Positions 36,244 to 45,493 of a stretch of 64,000 nt of DNA are shown here, piece after piece (the stretch's first letter is position 1; each line of letters starts with the position of its first letter). The translations under genes and the position numbers were made by a program. Where the stretch lies: NCBI GenBank assembly GCA_963675525.2, contig CAXXSL010000016.1:864001-928000 (forward strand), in the 5' to 3' direction. Below the pieces are notes generated by a model. The model was not told where the DNA came from, made no database searches, and saw only the letters and a list, made by a program, of their open reading frames with translations. This DNA is from Anaerohalosphaeraceae bacterium. Lineage in GTDB: Bacteria > Planctomycetota > Phycisphaerae > Sedimentisphaerales > Anaerohalosphaeraceae.

Positions 36244-37584
36244 ATGTTATTATTTCCGGATAAAATAAATATGGAAGATTGTGAAAAAAAATTAAGCCGC
36301 CGCGACCAGCGGGAAGAGGATATCTATCGGATATCGACGATGGTGGCGGGCAATTTTGAGATTCGGGAAGTCTTGGATCGCCTCGCTGAAGCGGCCGTCA
36401 AGGCCACCGGTACGACCGCCTGTTCGATAAGGCTGCTGGATCCGGATATCGGTAAGTTGACGATGCGCAGTACCTACGGCCTCAGCGAGGCGTATCGCAA
36501 CAAAGGTCCCGTGACCAAAGAAGACCCCGTTATTAAACAGGCCTTTGAGGGAGATGCTGTGGTTATCGACGATATGCGCGTTGACAGCCGGATTGTCTAT
36601 CCGGAAGCAACCATGGCTGAAGGGCTTGTCAGCCAGTTGACCGTGGCGATGAAGTTCAAAGACAGACCCATCGGCGTATTGCGTCTGTACAGCCCTGAGC
36701 CGGCGCGGTTTGACAAAAACACGATTCGCATCGCCCGGATGGTCGCCAGTCAGTGCGCCGTTGCAATTACCAACGCCCGGCTTTTCAGCAAGGCGATCGA
36801 AGGGGCCCGCATGGCCGAACAGCTTCGCCTCGGAGCGGTTATCCAGCGGCGGATGATTCCCGAAAAAGCCCCGTGTATGCGAGGGCTGGATGTGGCAGCG
36901 ATCTACAGTCCGTGTTACCAGATCGGCGGCGACCTGTATGATTTTCTGCAGATTGACGATCATACCCTCGTGACCGGCATCGCTGATGTCATTGGCAAAG
37001 GCATCCCCGCGGCGATCATGATGAGTATGTTTCGCGGCACATTGCGGGCCTATACCGACGGCGGGTACGGACGGCACGGCATGGATGAGATTATCCATAA
37101 ACTCAATGGGGTTGCCTGTAAAGAATGCCGGGATGGTGAATTCATTACGTTCTTTTTAGCACGGATCGATACCGAAAATAATCAACTGACCTATTGCAAT
37201 TGCGGCCATGAGCCGGGTCTTTTGATTCGCGGCGATCAGATCGTGGAACTGGAAGAGGGCGGTTTGGTACTCGGCGTCATGCCGGAGACGGACTACCAGA
37301 TCAGAACCATTGAGTTTAAACAGGGTGATGCTCTGTTGCTTTATACCGATGGCCTGATCGATGCGATGAATTTCGACGATAAGATATGGGGCAAGGATTG
37401 TTTAGTGGAAGTGCTGAAGAATCATCCCGGTTATACGGCCCAGCAATTGGTCCATACCACTCTGCGCTATCGCCGGCGTCATGTCGGGCTGGCCAATCAA
37501 ACCGATGACACCAGCATGGTGGCGATCCGCCGGGACGACAATGCCAATATTCATAACGAAGACTGCGACTGTACGGATAAATGA
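36244..37584 (+). CDS. GAF + PP2C/SpoIIE (RsbU-like) phosphatase
   Basis: GAF domain (IGVLRLYS..AVAITNARL), then IGGDLYD, ADVIGKG, CNCGH, YTDGL, DDTS. Confidence 0.93.
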   Translation: MLLFPDKINMEDCEKKLSRRDQREEDIYRISTMVAGNFEIREVLDRLAEAAVKATGTTACSIRLLDPDIGKLTMRSTYGLSEAYRNKGPVTKEDPVIKQAFEGDAVVIDDMRVDSRIVYPEATMAEGLVSQLTVAMKFKDRPIGVLRLYSPEPARFDKNTIRIARMVASQCAVAITNARLFSKAIEGARMAEQLRLGAVIQRRMIPEKAPCMRGLDVAAIYSPCYQIGGDLYDFLQIDDHTLVTGIADVIGKGIPAAIMMSMFRGTLRAYTDGGYGRHGMDEIIHKLNGVACKECRDGEFITFFLARIDTENNQLTYCNCGHEPGLLIRGDQIVELEEGGLVLGVMPETDYQIRTIEFKQGDALLLYTDGLIDAMNFDDKIWGKDCLVEVLKNHPGYTAQQLVHTTLRYRRRHVGLANQTDDTSMVAIRRDDNANIHNEDCDCTDK

Positions 37585-38255
37585 GCCGATCGATCATTAC
37601 CATTGACGGGCCGGCGGGGGTCGGCAAGAGTACTGTGGCGCGGATGCTGGCGCAGCGGGTCGGTGCCGTGTTTCTGGATACCGGTGCAACCTATCGGGCC
37701 CTGACACTGGCGGCGATGCGGGCCGGTGCTGACCTGAAGGATACCCGGGCCATTCTGGACGTAATGGCAGAGACAACATTTGAATATTTTCATCAGAGCG
37801 ATGTTTTAAAAGTCGTGATCAACAGTCAGGATGCGACGCGGCAGATACGCGAACCGGATGTCACGGAAAATGTCAAACACGTCGCCTCCCAGCCCGAACT
37901 GCGGGCCGAGATGGTTCGCTTGCAAAAGGCGTTTGCGGGACAATTTGAAAAAGTCGTCACCGAAGGGCGCGACCAGGGAACGGTTGTGTTCCCGAATGCA
38001 GCATTCAAATTTTTCCTGATCGCAGATCCCAACGAACGTGCCCGCAGGCGGCATGACGAACTAAAGGCTGCAGGCAAAGAGGTTGACCTTGAAACACTTA
38101 CTCGGCAGATTGTCGAACGGGATGCCTCGGACGAAAACCGTCCGGTCAGTCCGCTGAAACCGGCTGACGACGCGATCATTATTGATACGACAAACCTTGA
38201 CGCCGAAGGCGTTGTCACTAAAATGTTGGAGGTTATCGAAAGGCAGCATGATTGA
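37581..38255 (+). CDS. cmk: Cytidylate kinase
   Basis: IDGPAGVGKST, LDTGATYR, EGRDQGTVVFP, RDASD..SPL. Confidence 0.96.
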   Translation: MSRSIITIDGPAGVGKSTVARMLAQRVGAVFLDTGATYRALTLAAMRAGADLKDTRAILDVMAETTFEYFHQSDVLKVVINSQDATRQIREPDVTENVKHVASQPELRAEMVRLQKAFAGQFEKVVTEGRDQGTVVFPNAAFKFFLIADPNERARRRHDELKAAGKEVDLETLTRQIVERDASDENRPVSPLKPADDAIIIDTTNLDAEGVVTKMLEVIERQHD

Positions 38256-38931
38256 AGCAAAAAACAAGGATGGAATTTGCCGCCGCATCTGGCATGAAAT
38301 CGCCCGCTTTCTCTCCGTCGGTATGATATGGCTGCTGTATCGTGTCAAAGTTTACGGCAAGAAAAATGTTCCTCGCCACGGCGGGGTGCTGGTGCTCAGC
38401 AGTCACCAGAGTTTTTTCGATCCCATGATATGTCAGGGCTGGTTGCGCCGACCGTTCTATTATGTCCCGCGCGATACGCTGTTTGTCGGGTTTTTGGGCT
38501 GGCTGATCGATTCGTATTATACCATTCCCATCAACCAGGAACAGGCCAGTTTAAAATCCATGCGGGCCATCATTGACGTCCTCAAACGGGGGCATATCGT
38601 TTGCCTATACCCGGAAGGGTCGCGCACCTTTGACGGCAAAATCGACGAGATCAAACCGGGATTCAGCCTGCTGGTCCGCCGCAGCAAAGCGACCATTGTG
38701 CCGATGGTCATCGACGGTATTTTCGAGCGTTGGCCTCGCACCCAGAAATATCCCAAATTCGGCGGCCGCATTGGCATCATGTATGGCAAACCGATTTCCC
38801 CCGAGCACGTCGAACAGGCCGGCGAACAGTTTATTGGCGAATTCAACACCATCATGCAAACTCTCCACAATGACCTCCGCCAGAAAATGGGAAAAGAACC
38901 GCTGGATTATGGTACGAAACCGTTGAAGTAG
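38248..38931 (+). CDS. plsC: 1-acyl-sn-glycerol-3-phosphate acyltransferase
   Basis: SHQSFFD (HX4D) and YPEGSR motifs; overlaps cmk. Confidence 0.9.
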   Translation: MIEAKNKDGICRRIWHEIARFLSVGMIWLLYRVKVYGKKNVPRHGGVLVLSSHQSFFDPMICQGWLRRPFYYVPRDTLFVGFLGWLIDSYYTIPINQEQASLKSMRAIIDVLKRGHIVCLYPEGSRTFDGKIDEIKPGFSLLVRRSKATIVPMVIDGIFERWPRTQKYPKFGGRIGIMYGKPISPEHVEQAGEQFIGEFNTIMQTLHNDLRQKMGKEPLDYGTKPLK

Positions 38932-38989
38932 CTGAGGCAGATGGATTTTGGCCGGATCCGTTATTGCATGGAAAGGACAGGCAGACAGA

Positions 38990-39391
38990 ATGGATAAGGT
39001 AAAGGAGTTATTAAGCAGGGACTGCTATGCCAAGCATTGCGGGATCGAGTTAGTAGAGATTTCCGCAGGTACGGCAAAAGTGGTCATGACCATACAAAAA
39101 GAACACCTCAACGGCGTGGGGACGGTTCACGGCGGGGCGATTTTCACGTTGGCGGATTTTGCGTTTGCCGCCGCGTCGAATTCACACGGCACGATCGCTG
39201 TGGCCATCAACGCCAATATTTCATTTGTTAAAGCCGCCGTCAACGGCACGCTGACCGCCGAAGCGGAGGAAACGTCTATCAATCCCAAACTGGCAACCTA
39301 CGAAGTTCGTGTCACCGACGACAGCGGCGATCTGGTTGCCTCGTTTCAGGGTATGGTCTACCGGAAAAAGGCGGCTCCGTCAAATTCGTAA
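38990..39391 (+). CDS. PaaI-family hotdog thioesterase
   Basis: HLNGVGTVHGGAIFTLADFAFAAASNS. Confidence 0.92.
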   Translation: MDKVKELLSRDCYAKHCGIELVEISAGTAKVVMTIQKEHLNGVGTVHGGAIFTLADFAFAAASNSHGTIAVAINANISFVKAAVNGTLTAEAEETSINPKLATYEVRVTDDSGDLVASFQGMVYRKKAAPSNS

Positions 39392-39399
39392 TAAACGAT

Positions 39400-40120
39400 A
39401 TCGGATTGGGTTTGCCCCGGATCGAGGTCCGGGATGACATTTTTTGGGTTCGATTGGGTTCGCGTGGCGCTATTAAAAACTGCGGTGTTGCTTCCGTTGG
39501 TGGGTTTGGATGCAGTCTATGGCATTTGCGTCGAGGGGGTACTTGGGGCTTAAATTGGGTTCGTTTTTATTGGGGGTTGGCGGGGTAAAAAGGCAGTCCA
39601 TCGTCTATAGTCCTTAGTCTATAGATAAAAATCGTGGATTTTGGGCTGAAAACGGGGTGCGCGAGTAGGGGGTACTTGGGGCCGAAATTGGCTTTGGTAT
39701 TGGGTTTGGTTTGGGTTCGAATTACAGGCAGAAGTCAGGAGATAGAAGATAGAAGTCAGAATAAGATAATGACTTACGGTCATTTTGCTGCGGAGGAAAA
39801 TGGGTTCGTTTTGTAAAAAAGCATTGTTTTAAAATACTAACTTCCCTTTGAATTGACACTTTGGGCGGGATTATCGTGTCGCTGCCGCTCCACGCTTTTG
39901 TTCGATTCTTCAGTCAATTTTCAAATAACACTTCAATTTTCCTGCCGCCGCCAAGGCTATGGCACGGCAAGGCGTATTATACCATAAGTTAGATGAATGT
40001 CTAACAAAATTTAATTTTAAGTTCTTAATTTTTGGTTTTGAATTGAGGAAGCCCTTCGGGCGGGTATTTAAACAGATCCCTCGGCTGCGCTCGGGATGAC
40101 CTGTGGTCAATTTCCGGGTT
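39400..40120. repeat. Repeat-rich non-coding spacer: TTGGGTTCG motifs, heptamer tandems and REP-like GGGATGAC palindromes
   Basis: TTGGGTTCG at 39444, 39454, 39555 and 39711, near-match at 39800. Heptamer arrays at 39596-39623 and 39730-39761. Palindromes at 39415-39438 and 40074-40100. Confidence 0.7.
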
Positions 40121-40251
40121 TTGGGTTGTTTTTTGGTGGTGGGATTTTGGTTGACAAAAGGGATGTTTTTGGTAGAATAGTAGGTATTATGCATCTGGCG
40201 TGTGTGCAGCGATCGGAGGAAACAGGCTTTTTTTGTGACAGGAGGATAACA

Positions 40252-43243
40252 ATGCCATTATCACATTTCTACTCAAGCGTTTCGGTGTCTGTCTGGTTTT
40301 GTTTTTAGTGTTTTCCGCGGCCGGATTTGCGGCGACGTATTATGTGCCGGGCGACTATTCCACGATCCAGGGGGCGATTGATGCGGCGGTCTCTGACGAC
40401 ACAATTATCGTTTCACAGGGGACGTATGTTGAAAATATCAACTTTGGCGGGAAAGATATTGTTCTGGCATCGATCGATCCGCAGAACCCTGCGATTATCG
40501 AGAGCACGATTATCGACGGTGGACAAAATGGCTCCGTTGTGACATTTTCCGGCGGTGAAACATCCAACTGCATCCTGAGCGGTTTTACGATTACAAATGG
40601 TTATGCTGGCAATGGTGGGGGTGTTTATGGGAATTCTACCCAAGTAACCATCACCAGTTGTACCATTATCGGCAATACAGCCTATTATAGTGGCGGTGGA
40701 TTGTATGATTGCGATGGGACTATTGTTAGCTGTAATATTACCGGCAATACGGCTTCAAACAATGGCGGCGGATTGTACTGGTGTGATGGGTCGATTACCA
40801 ACTGCACGATTACCAACAATACGGCTGGCTTTCGCGGGGGCGGACTGATTTATTGCGATGGTTCGATTACCAACTGCGCGATCAGCGGCAATACAGCCAA
40901 TATTGATGGCGGGGGATTATGGCATTGTGATGGTACAATTACAAACTGCACGGTCACTGGCAATACGGCCAATAATGATGGCGGTGGATTATATGTGTGT
41001 GACAATTCGATTACCAACTGTATCATCTGGGGAAATAATGCGGTAAATTCCGGAGATCAAATCTATATCGACAATAGTTCAATTCCCACCTATAGCTGTA
41101 TCCAGGATTGGGCCGGAGGTGGCACGGGTAATATTTCGGATGCCCCGTTATTTGCTAACCCGGCACAGCGGGATTTGCATTTATTATCGGGTTCGCCGTG
41201 TATTGATACCGGAACGAACACACCGCCGGGAGGATTGCCTGCGACGGATATTGAGGGGGCTGCGCGGCCCTTTGATGGTAATATCGATTCAAATTCGGTT
41301 GCGGATATGGGAGCCTATGAGTTTCATTACGATCTGAATAAACCCTATATTCATATTTGGCCGAAGTTATTTTCTTTTTCTACTTTTGAGGCGGGCAGTA
41401 ATCCAAATGACAAAACATTAACCATCACAAATTTTGGAAATCCATCCTTGACTTGGTCAATGGATTTAAGTGACATGCCGGGATGGCTGACGATAGCGCC
41501 GACCAGCGGAACACTTGGGTATGGCGAAAGCGAACCGGTAACACTATCCCTAGACACAACGGGGTTGGGTGATGGTTTGCATTCCTATGTATTTGACATT
41601 GTTGATCCGGCGGCCCAAAACAGCCCGCAGGAAATCAGCATTTATCTCGCTGTTGGTGGTGTTATTGTGCCGGGGGATTATCCAACTATTCAGACGGCGA
41701 TTGATGGGGTTTCTGATGGTTATACAGTGATTGTTTTGCCGGGGGTTTATTATGAGAATATTAACTTTGGCGAGAAAAATATCATTCTGACCTCAACGGC
41801 CCCAACCGATCCGAATGTTGTGGTGTCCTTACAATCATCGACGGTGGCGGCAGTGATTCGGTTGTCACCTTTGATGGAATCGAATCTTCTGCCTGTGTTC
41901 TACAGGGTTTTACAATTACGAATGGTAAAGGCAATAATTTGGGCGGCGGTATTGACGGAGCCGGCGCACAGGCAACGATTACGAATTGTATCATCCGCGA
42001 CAATTCAGCACTGTATTACGGCGGTGGATTGTATGATTGCGATGGAACAATTACCAATTGTACGATCACGGGCAATATCGCTAATGGCCCCGGCGGTGGA
42101 TTGCATGGGTGTGACGGAACAATTACCAACTGTACAATCAGCGGCAATGCGACGACCGGTTACTCCGGCGGCGGGTTATCTGAGTGTGCCGGCACAATCA
42201 GTCATTGTACGATTGTCGATAATACGGCTAATGAATCTGGCGGCGGATTGTATAATTGTGATGGTTCGATTACCAACTGCACGATCAGCGGCAATACGGT
42301 TGAGGAGATTTATGGCAGCGGCGGGGGGGGCTTGGCTGGTTGCGATGGCCCGATTACCAACTGTACGATCACTGGGAATTCGGCTTCTGACGGCGGGGGC
42401 TTGACTGGTTGCGATGGGCCGATTACCAACTGCATGATCGCGGGCAATAATGGCGGCGGACTGGGTCGCTGTGACGGGGCAATCGCTAATTGTACAATTG
42501 TTAGTAATACAGCCATTCAGGGCAGTGGTCTGGCCTATTGCAATGGCACAGTTACCAACTGTATTATCTGGGATAATGATATTCTTTCGTACCAAACACC
42601 GTCACCGTGCTGGACATGTCCGATTGTTTTCAGCTATTGCTGTTTTCAGGGGATGACCGGAACGGATTGGGTTGGAAACATGGGAGAGGTCCCGCTTTTC
42701 ATTGATCCGAATAATGGTAATTATCATCTTAAGAGCGAATACGGACGTTGGGATCCGGATGCGCTACAATGGGTCTATGACGACGTGACCAGTCCGTGCA
42801 TTGATGCGGGCGATCCGGGTTTTGTTGAGTGGCAGAATGAACTGTGGCCGCATGGGGGGCGGGTTAATATGGGTGCTTACGGCGGGACGGCGGAGGCGAG
42901 TATGTCGGGTAACCCGGTCGGCAATGCGGCGGATCTGGATCATGACGATGAAGTGGGTGTCAGTGATTTGCTGCTGCTGAGCGAGGACTGGCTGTATGCG
43001 GAGTATCTGTTGGATACGGACCTGAACCGCAACGGCGTGGTGGACATCGCGGACTTTGGGGACTTCGCGCGGCAATGGCTGCGGGGGGTTGGATTGACAA
43101 TTGTCGATCCGCCATCGCTGGATCCCGGCTCGGGGGCCGGGATGACATTGCTTTGGCGAGACAAGTTGACGATGGACGAGCACGGACGAAATGGACGTAC
43201 ACAGACAAACACGGACAATTCAATTGTAAATTGTATATTGTAG
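40252..43243 (+). CDS. Large secreted Cys-rich parallel beta-helix protein (two modules joined by a BACON/Ig-like linker, dockerin-like C-terminus); frameshifts near 40260 and 41825; true stop probably near 43097
   Basis: Two VPGDY.TIQ.AID..G.Y.ENINF starts, ~22-aa repeats GGGLY.CDG.ITNCTI.GN.A, HL..GSPCID and NMGAY motifs, ADLDHDDEV..DLNRNGVVDIADF. GGAGG RBS before the ATG at 40252. Confidence 0.82.
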
Positions 43244-43460
43244 ATTGGGGTGGAGGATTGTCGAATGACGATGGACGAATGACGATTGATTTTAGATAAC
43301 AGGCAACGCTACCGGCTTGCGGTACTTGGGAAAAAACTGGGGCGGGGGGGCTGGACGGGGCATTTCGATTGATTAATGTAAATTGTAGATTGTATAATGT
43401 GTATTAACCACCCCGGCCTTCGGCCACCGGTCCTTGGTAAGGAGGGGAGTTGGGAGTTAA
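43100..43460. repeat. Second repeat-rich spacer: REP-like palindromes and heptamer tandems
   Basis: GGATCCCGGCTCGGGGGCCGGGATGAC at 43120-43146; ACGGAC repeats at 43180-43216; ATTGTAA/ATTGTAT/ATTGTAG at 43223-43245; AATGACG/ATGGACG at 43264-43290; CCACCCCGGCCTTCGGCC..AGGAGGGGAG at 43406-43449. Confidence 0.65.
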
Positions 43461-43538
43461 GGGGGGGACGATGGGATTATGTCGTCCGCTGCGGGGGCTT
43501 TGGGTGGCTGGTAAATAACTTATATGCAAAACCTTATC

Positions 43539-43574
43539 AAAGAGCCGCTGTTTTCACGCCTGCGGCTCTTTTTT
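43539..43574 (+). terminator. Intrinsic terminator-like hairpin
   Basis: AAAGAGCCGC / GCGGCTCTTT stem followed by a T run. Confidence 0.6.
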
Positions 43575-43666
43575 ATGGATTGAATCTTAGAATCTCCGGG
43601 GACTTGGGGTAAGCTTTCCGGGGTTAAAATGTCGGAAAATAAGGGCATGAAAGGGATAAAGTTCGT

Positions 43667-43694
43667 TTGCATGTCTGTCATAAGCCGATATAAT
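43667..43694 (+). promoter_or_regulatory. Sigma70-like promoter for bamD-lptE
   Basis: TTGCAT, 16-bp spacer, TATAAT. Confidence 0.5.
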
Positions 43695-43794
43695 ACAGTG
43701 CTAAGAACTCAAGAACACAGGAATACCAGAATTCAAGAATATCGGAATGCGGAGCTTGGGCTTCGACTTTTAAGTTTAGTATAGGAAACGTGTT

Positions 43795-44862
43795 ATGGTT
43801 AAAGTGGACAGGCTATTCAAGGTTTTTACGGTTTTGATGGTTGTATTGGGCGGTTTTTGCACGGCCGAAACTTATGTGCTCAGTGCGGATCAGGATTGGC
43901 AGAATTTGGCGGATATGCCGGATGGCGAATATTTGCTGGCGATGTCGAAGATCAAACAGCAGCTTTTGAGCGGCGACAAATCGGCCGTAACCGAGGCCCT
44001 GGAACAGCTTAAATCGGATTTTCCGGATATGGACGCCGAGGAAGTGGATGCGTTTATTGAGGCCGAGCGGTTTTACGCAAAAAAGGTTTGGCATAAAGCG
44101 GCGGTCCGGTACAAACAGTTTCTGGATGCCCGCCCGGACAGCGTGCTGTATCCGGCGGCGATCGAGCGGCTTTTCTCAATCGGGGTTGCCTACATGCAGG
44201 GGGAAAAGCGCCGGTATATCAAGGTGCTGAATCTGCCGGCTTTTGATGATGGCGCCAATCTCATGCAGGATATTGCCGACCGTGAGGGCAATTCGCCGAT
44301 GGCTTTGCGAGCGTTGACCGCGCTGGCGGAAAATCAGGAACGCCGGAAAAAATATTTTGAAGCCTACCAGACCTGGGCGGAGATCGCGACCCGTTGGCCG
44401 ACTGGAAAGGCCGCCCGGGAAGCATTGCTGAAAATGGCCCAGGAACTGCATGCATCCTATGGCGGTGCGCAGTTTGATGCCGTCGCGATACTGAGTGCTA
44501 AAAGCTATTACGAAGATTATATCAGCCGGTACCCGAAACAGGCAGAAGAACTTAATATGGCAGAAGAACTTGCGTTGATCGAAGAACAGCGTGCTTATAA
44601 GCAATACCACACGGGCGCATATTACGATCGCACCGGAAAACCAGAGGTTGCCAAAATGTATTACGGCACGGTGCTTGCCGAATGGCCCGACAGCAAGGCG
44701 GCTGTGATGGCACAGATGCGGCTGGAAGCCGATGCGCCGCCGGCAATCGAACAGACAAAGCGGAGAAAGTTGTTTGATTTGGGCAACGAATTTCTGGATA
44801 GCTGGTACGGCCTTGAAACACTGCATGATAAAATGGCTCCGTCGAAAAACCAAGAACAATAA
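43795..44862 (+). CDS. bamD: TPR protein, BamD-like outer membrane assembly factor
   Basis: Signal peptide, TPR helices (YISRYP, YYDRTGKPEVAKMYY..VLAEWPDS); adjacent to an LptE-like gene. Confidence 0.65.
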   Translation: MVKVDRLFKVFTVLMVVLGGFCTAETYVLSADQDWQNLADMPDGEYLLAMSKIKQQLLSGDKSAVTEALEQLKSDFPDMDAEEVDAFIEAERFYAKKVWHKAAVRYKQFLDARPDSVLYPAAIERLFSIGVAYMQGEKRRYIKVLNLPAFDDGANLMQDIADREGNSPMALRALTALAENQERRKKYFEAYQTWAEIATRWPTGKAAREALLKMAQELHASYGGAQFDAVAILSAKSYYEDYISRYPKQAEELNMAEELALIEEQRAYKQYHTGAYYDRTGKPEVAKMYYGTVLAEWPDSKAAVMAQMRLEADAPPAIEQTKRRKLFDLGNEFLDSWYGLETLHDKMAPSKNQEQ

Positions 44863-44884
44863 TTATGAAACGAGGGACCCAATT

Positions 44885-45400
44885 GTGAAACCCAATCAAT
44901 TTATATGGTTCGTAATCGTTGCCGCCACACTGTCGATGGTTTTGTTGGGCGGCTGCGGACAGGGATACCGGAACACCTGGCTGTATCCGGAAGAGGTTAA
45001 AACCGTTTATGTGAAAATGCTGGATACCGGCGGATTTCGCCGAGGGTATGAGTATGAGTTAACTGATGCTGTTTGCAAGATGATCGAGTCGCAAACGCCG
45101 TACAAGATCGTTTCAGACCGCAATGTGGCCGACTCCGTGCTGAGCGGAAATCTTGGGATTCACACGGGTGTTCTGGCCGGTGATCCGTATACCGGCAGAT
45201 CGCTGCAGAGTGAATCGCTGGTGACCGTTACGATTTCCTGGAAGAACCTTAAGACGGGTCAACTGCTGATCGACGGCGAAAGCGTCAGTGCTTCGAGCAC
45301 CTATTCGACGCAACTGGGTCAGACGGTGGACTATTCGATTGGGCGTGCGGTGAACAAAGCGGCCCAAAAAGTCGTAGAGCTGATGCAGACCCCTTGGTAG
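44885..45400 (+). CDS. lptE: LptE-like lipoprotein
   Basis: Lipobox LLGGC, KTVYV..FRRG.E.ELTDAV..IE..TPYK..ADSVL.G pattern; GTG start. Confidence 0.75.
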   Translation: MKPNQFIWFVIVAATLSMVLLGGCGQGYRNTWLYPEEVKTVYVKMLDTGGFRRGYEYELTDAVCKMIESQTPYKIVSDRNVADSVLSGNLGIHTGVLAGDPYTGRSLQSESLVTVTISWKNLKTGQLLIDGESVSASSTYSTQLGQTVDYSIGRAVNKAAQKVVELMQTPW

Positions 45401-45493
45401 TCGAATTATTTAAGTAATCTCATAAAAGGACTGCATTTCGGTCAATTAGAATTACTAATCTAGATATTCATAAAAACAGGAACTAATTTTTTT

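Noticed and set aside
39400..39830. Possible CRISPR array
   Set aside because: The repeats are only 9-14 nt long, irregularly spaced, lack unique spacers of constant length, and there are no cas genes.
43098..43243. C-terminal extension of the beta-helix ORF (LTIVDPPSLDPGSGAGMT...)
   Set aside because: It reads through REP-like and tandem repeats and probably results from a G-run indel near 43083-43088.
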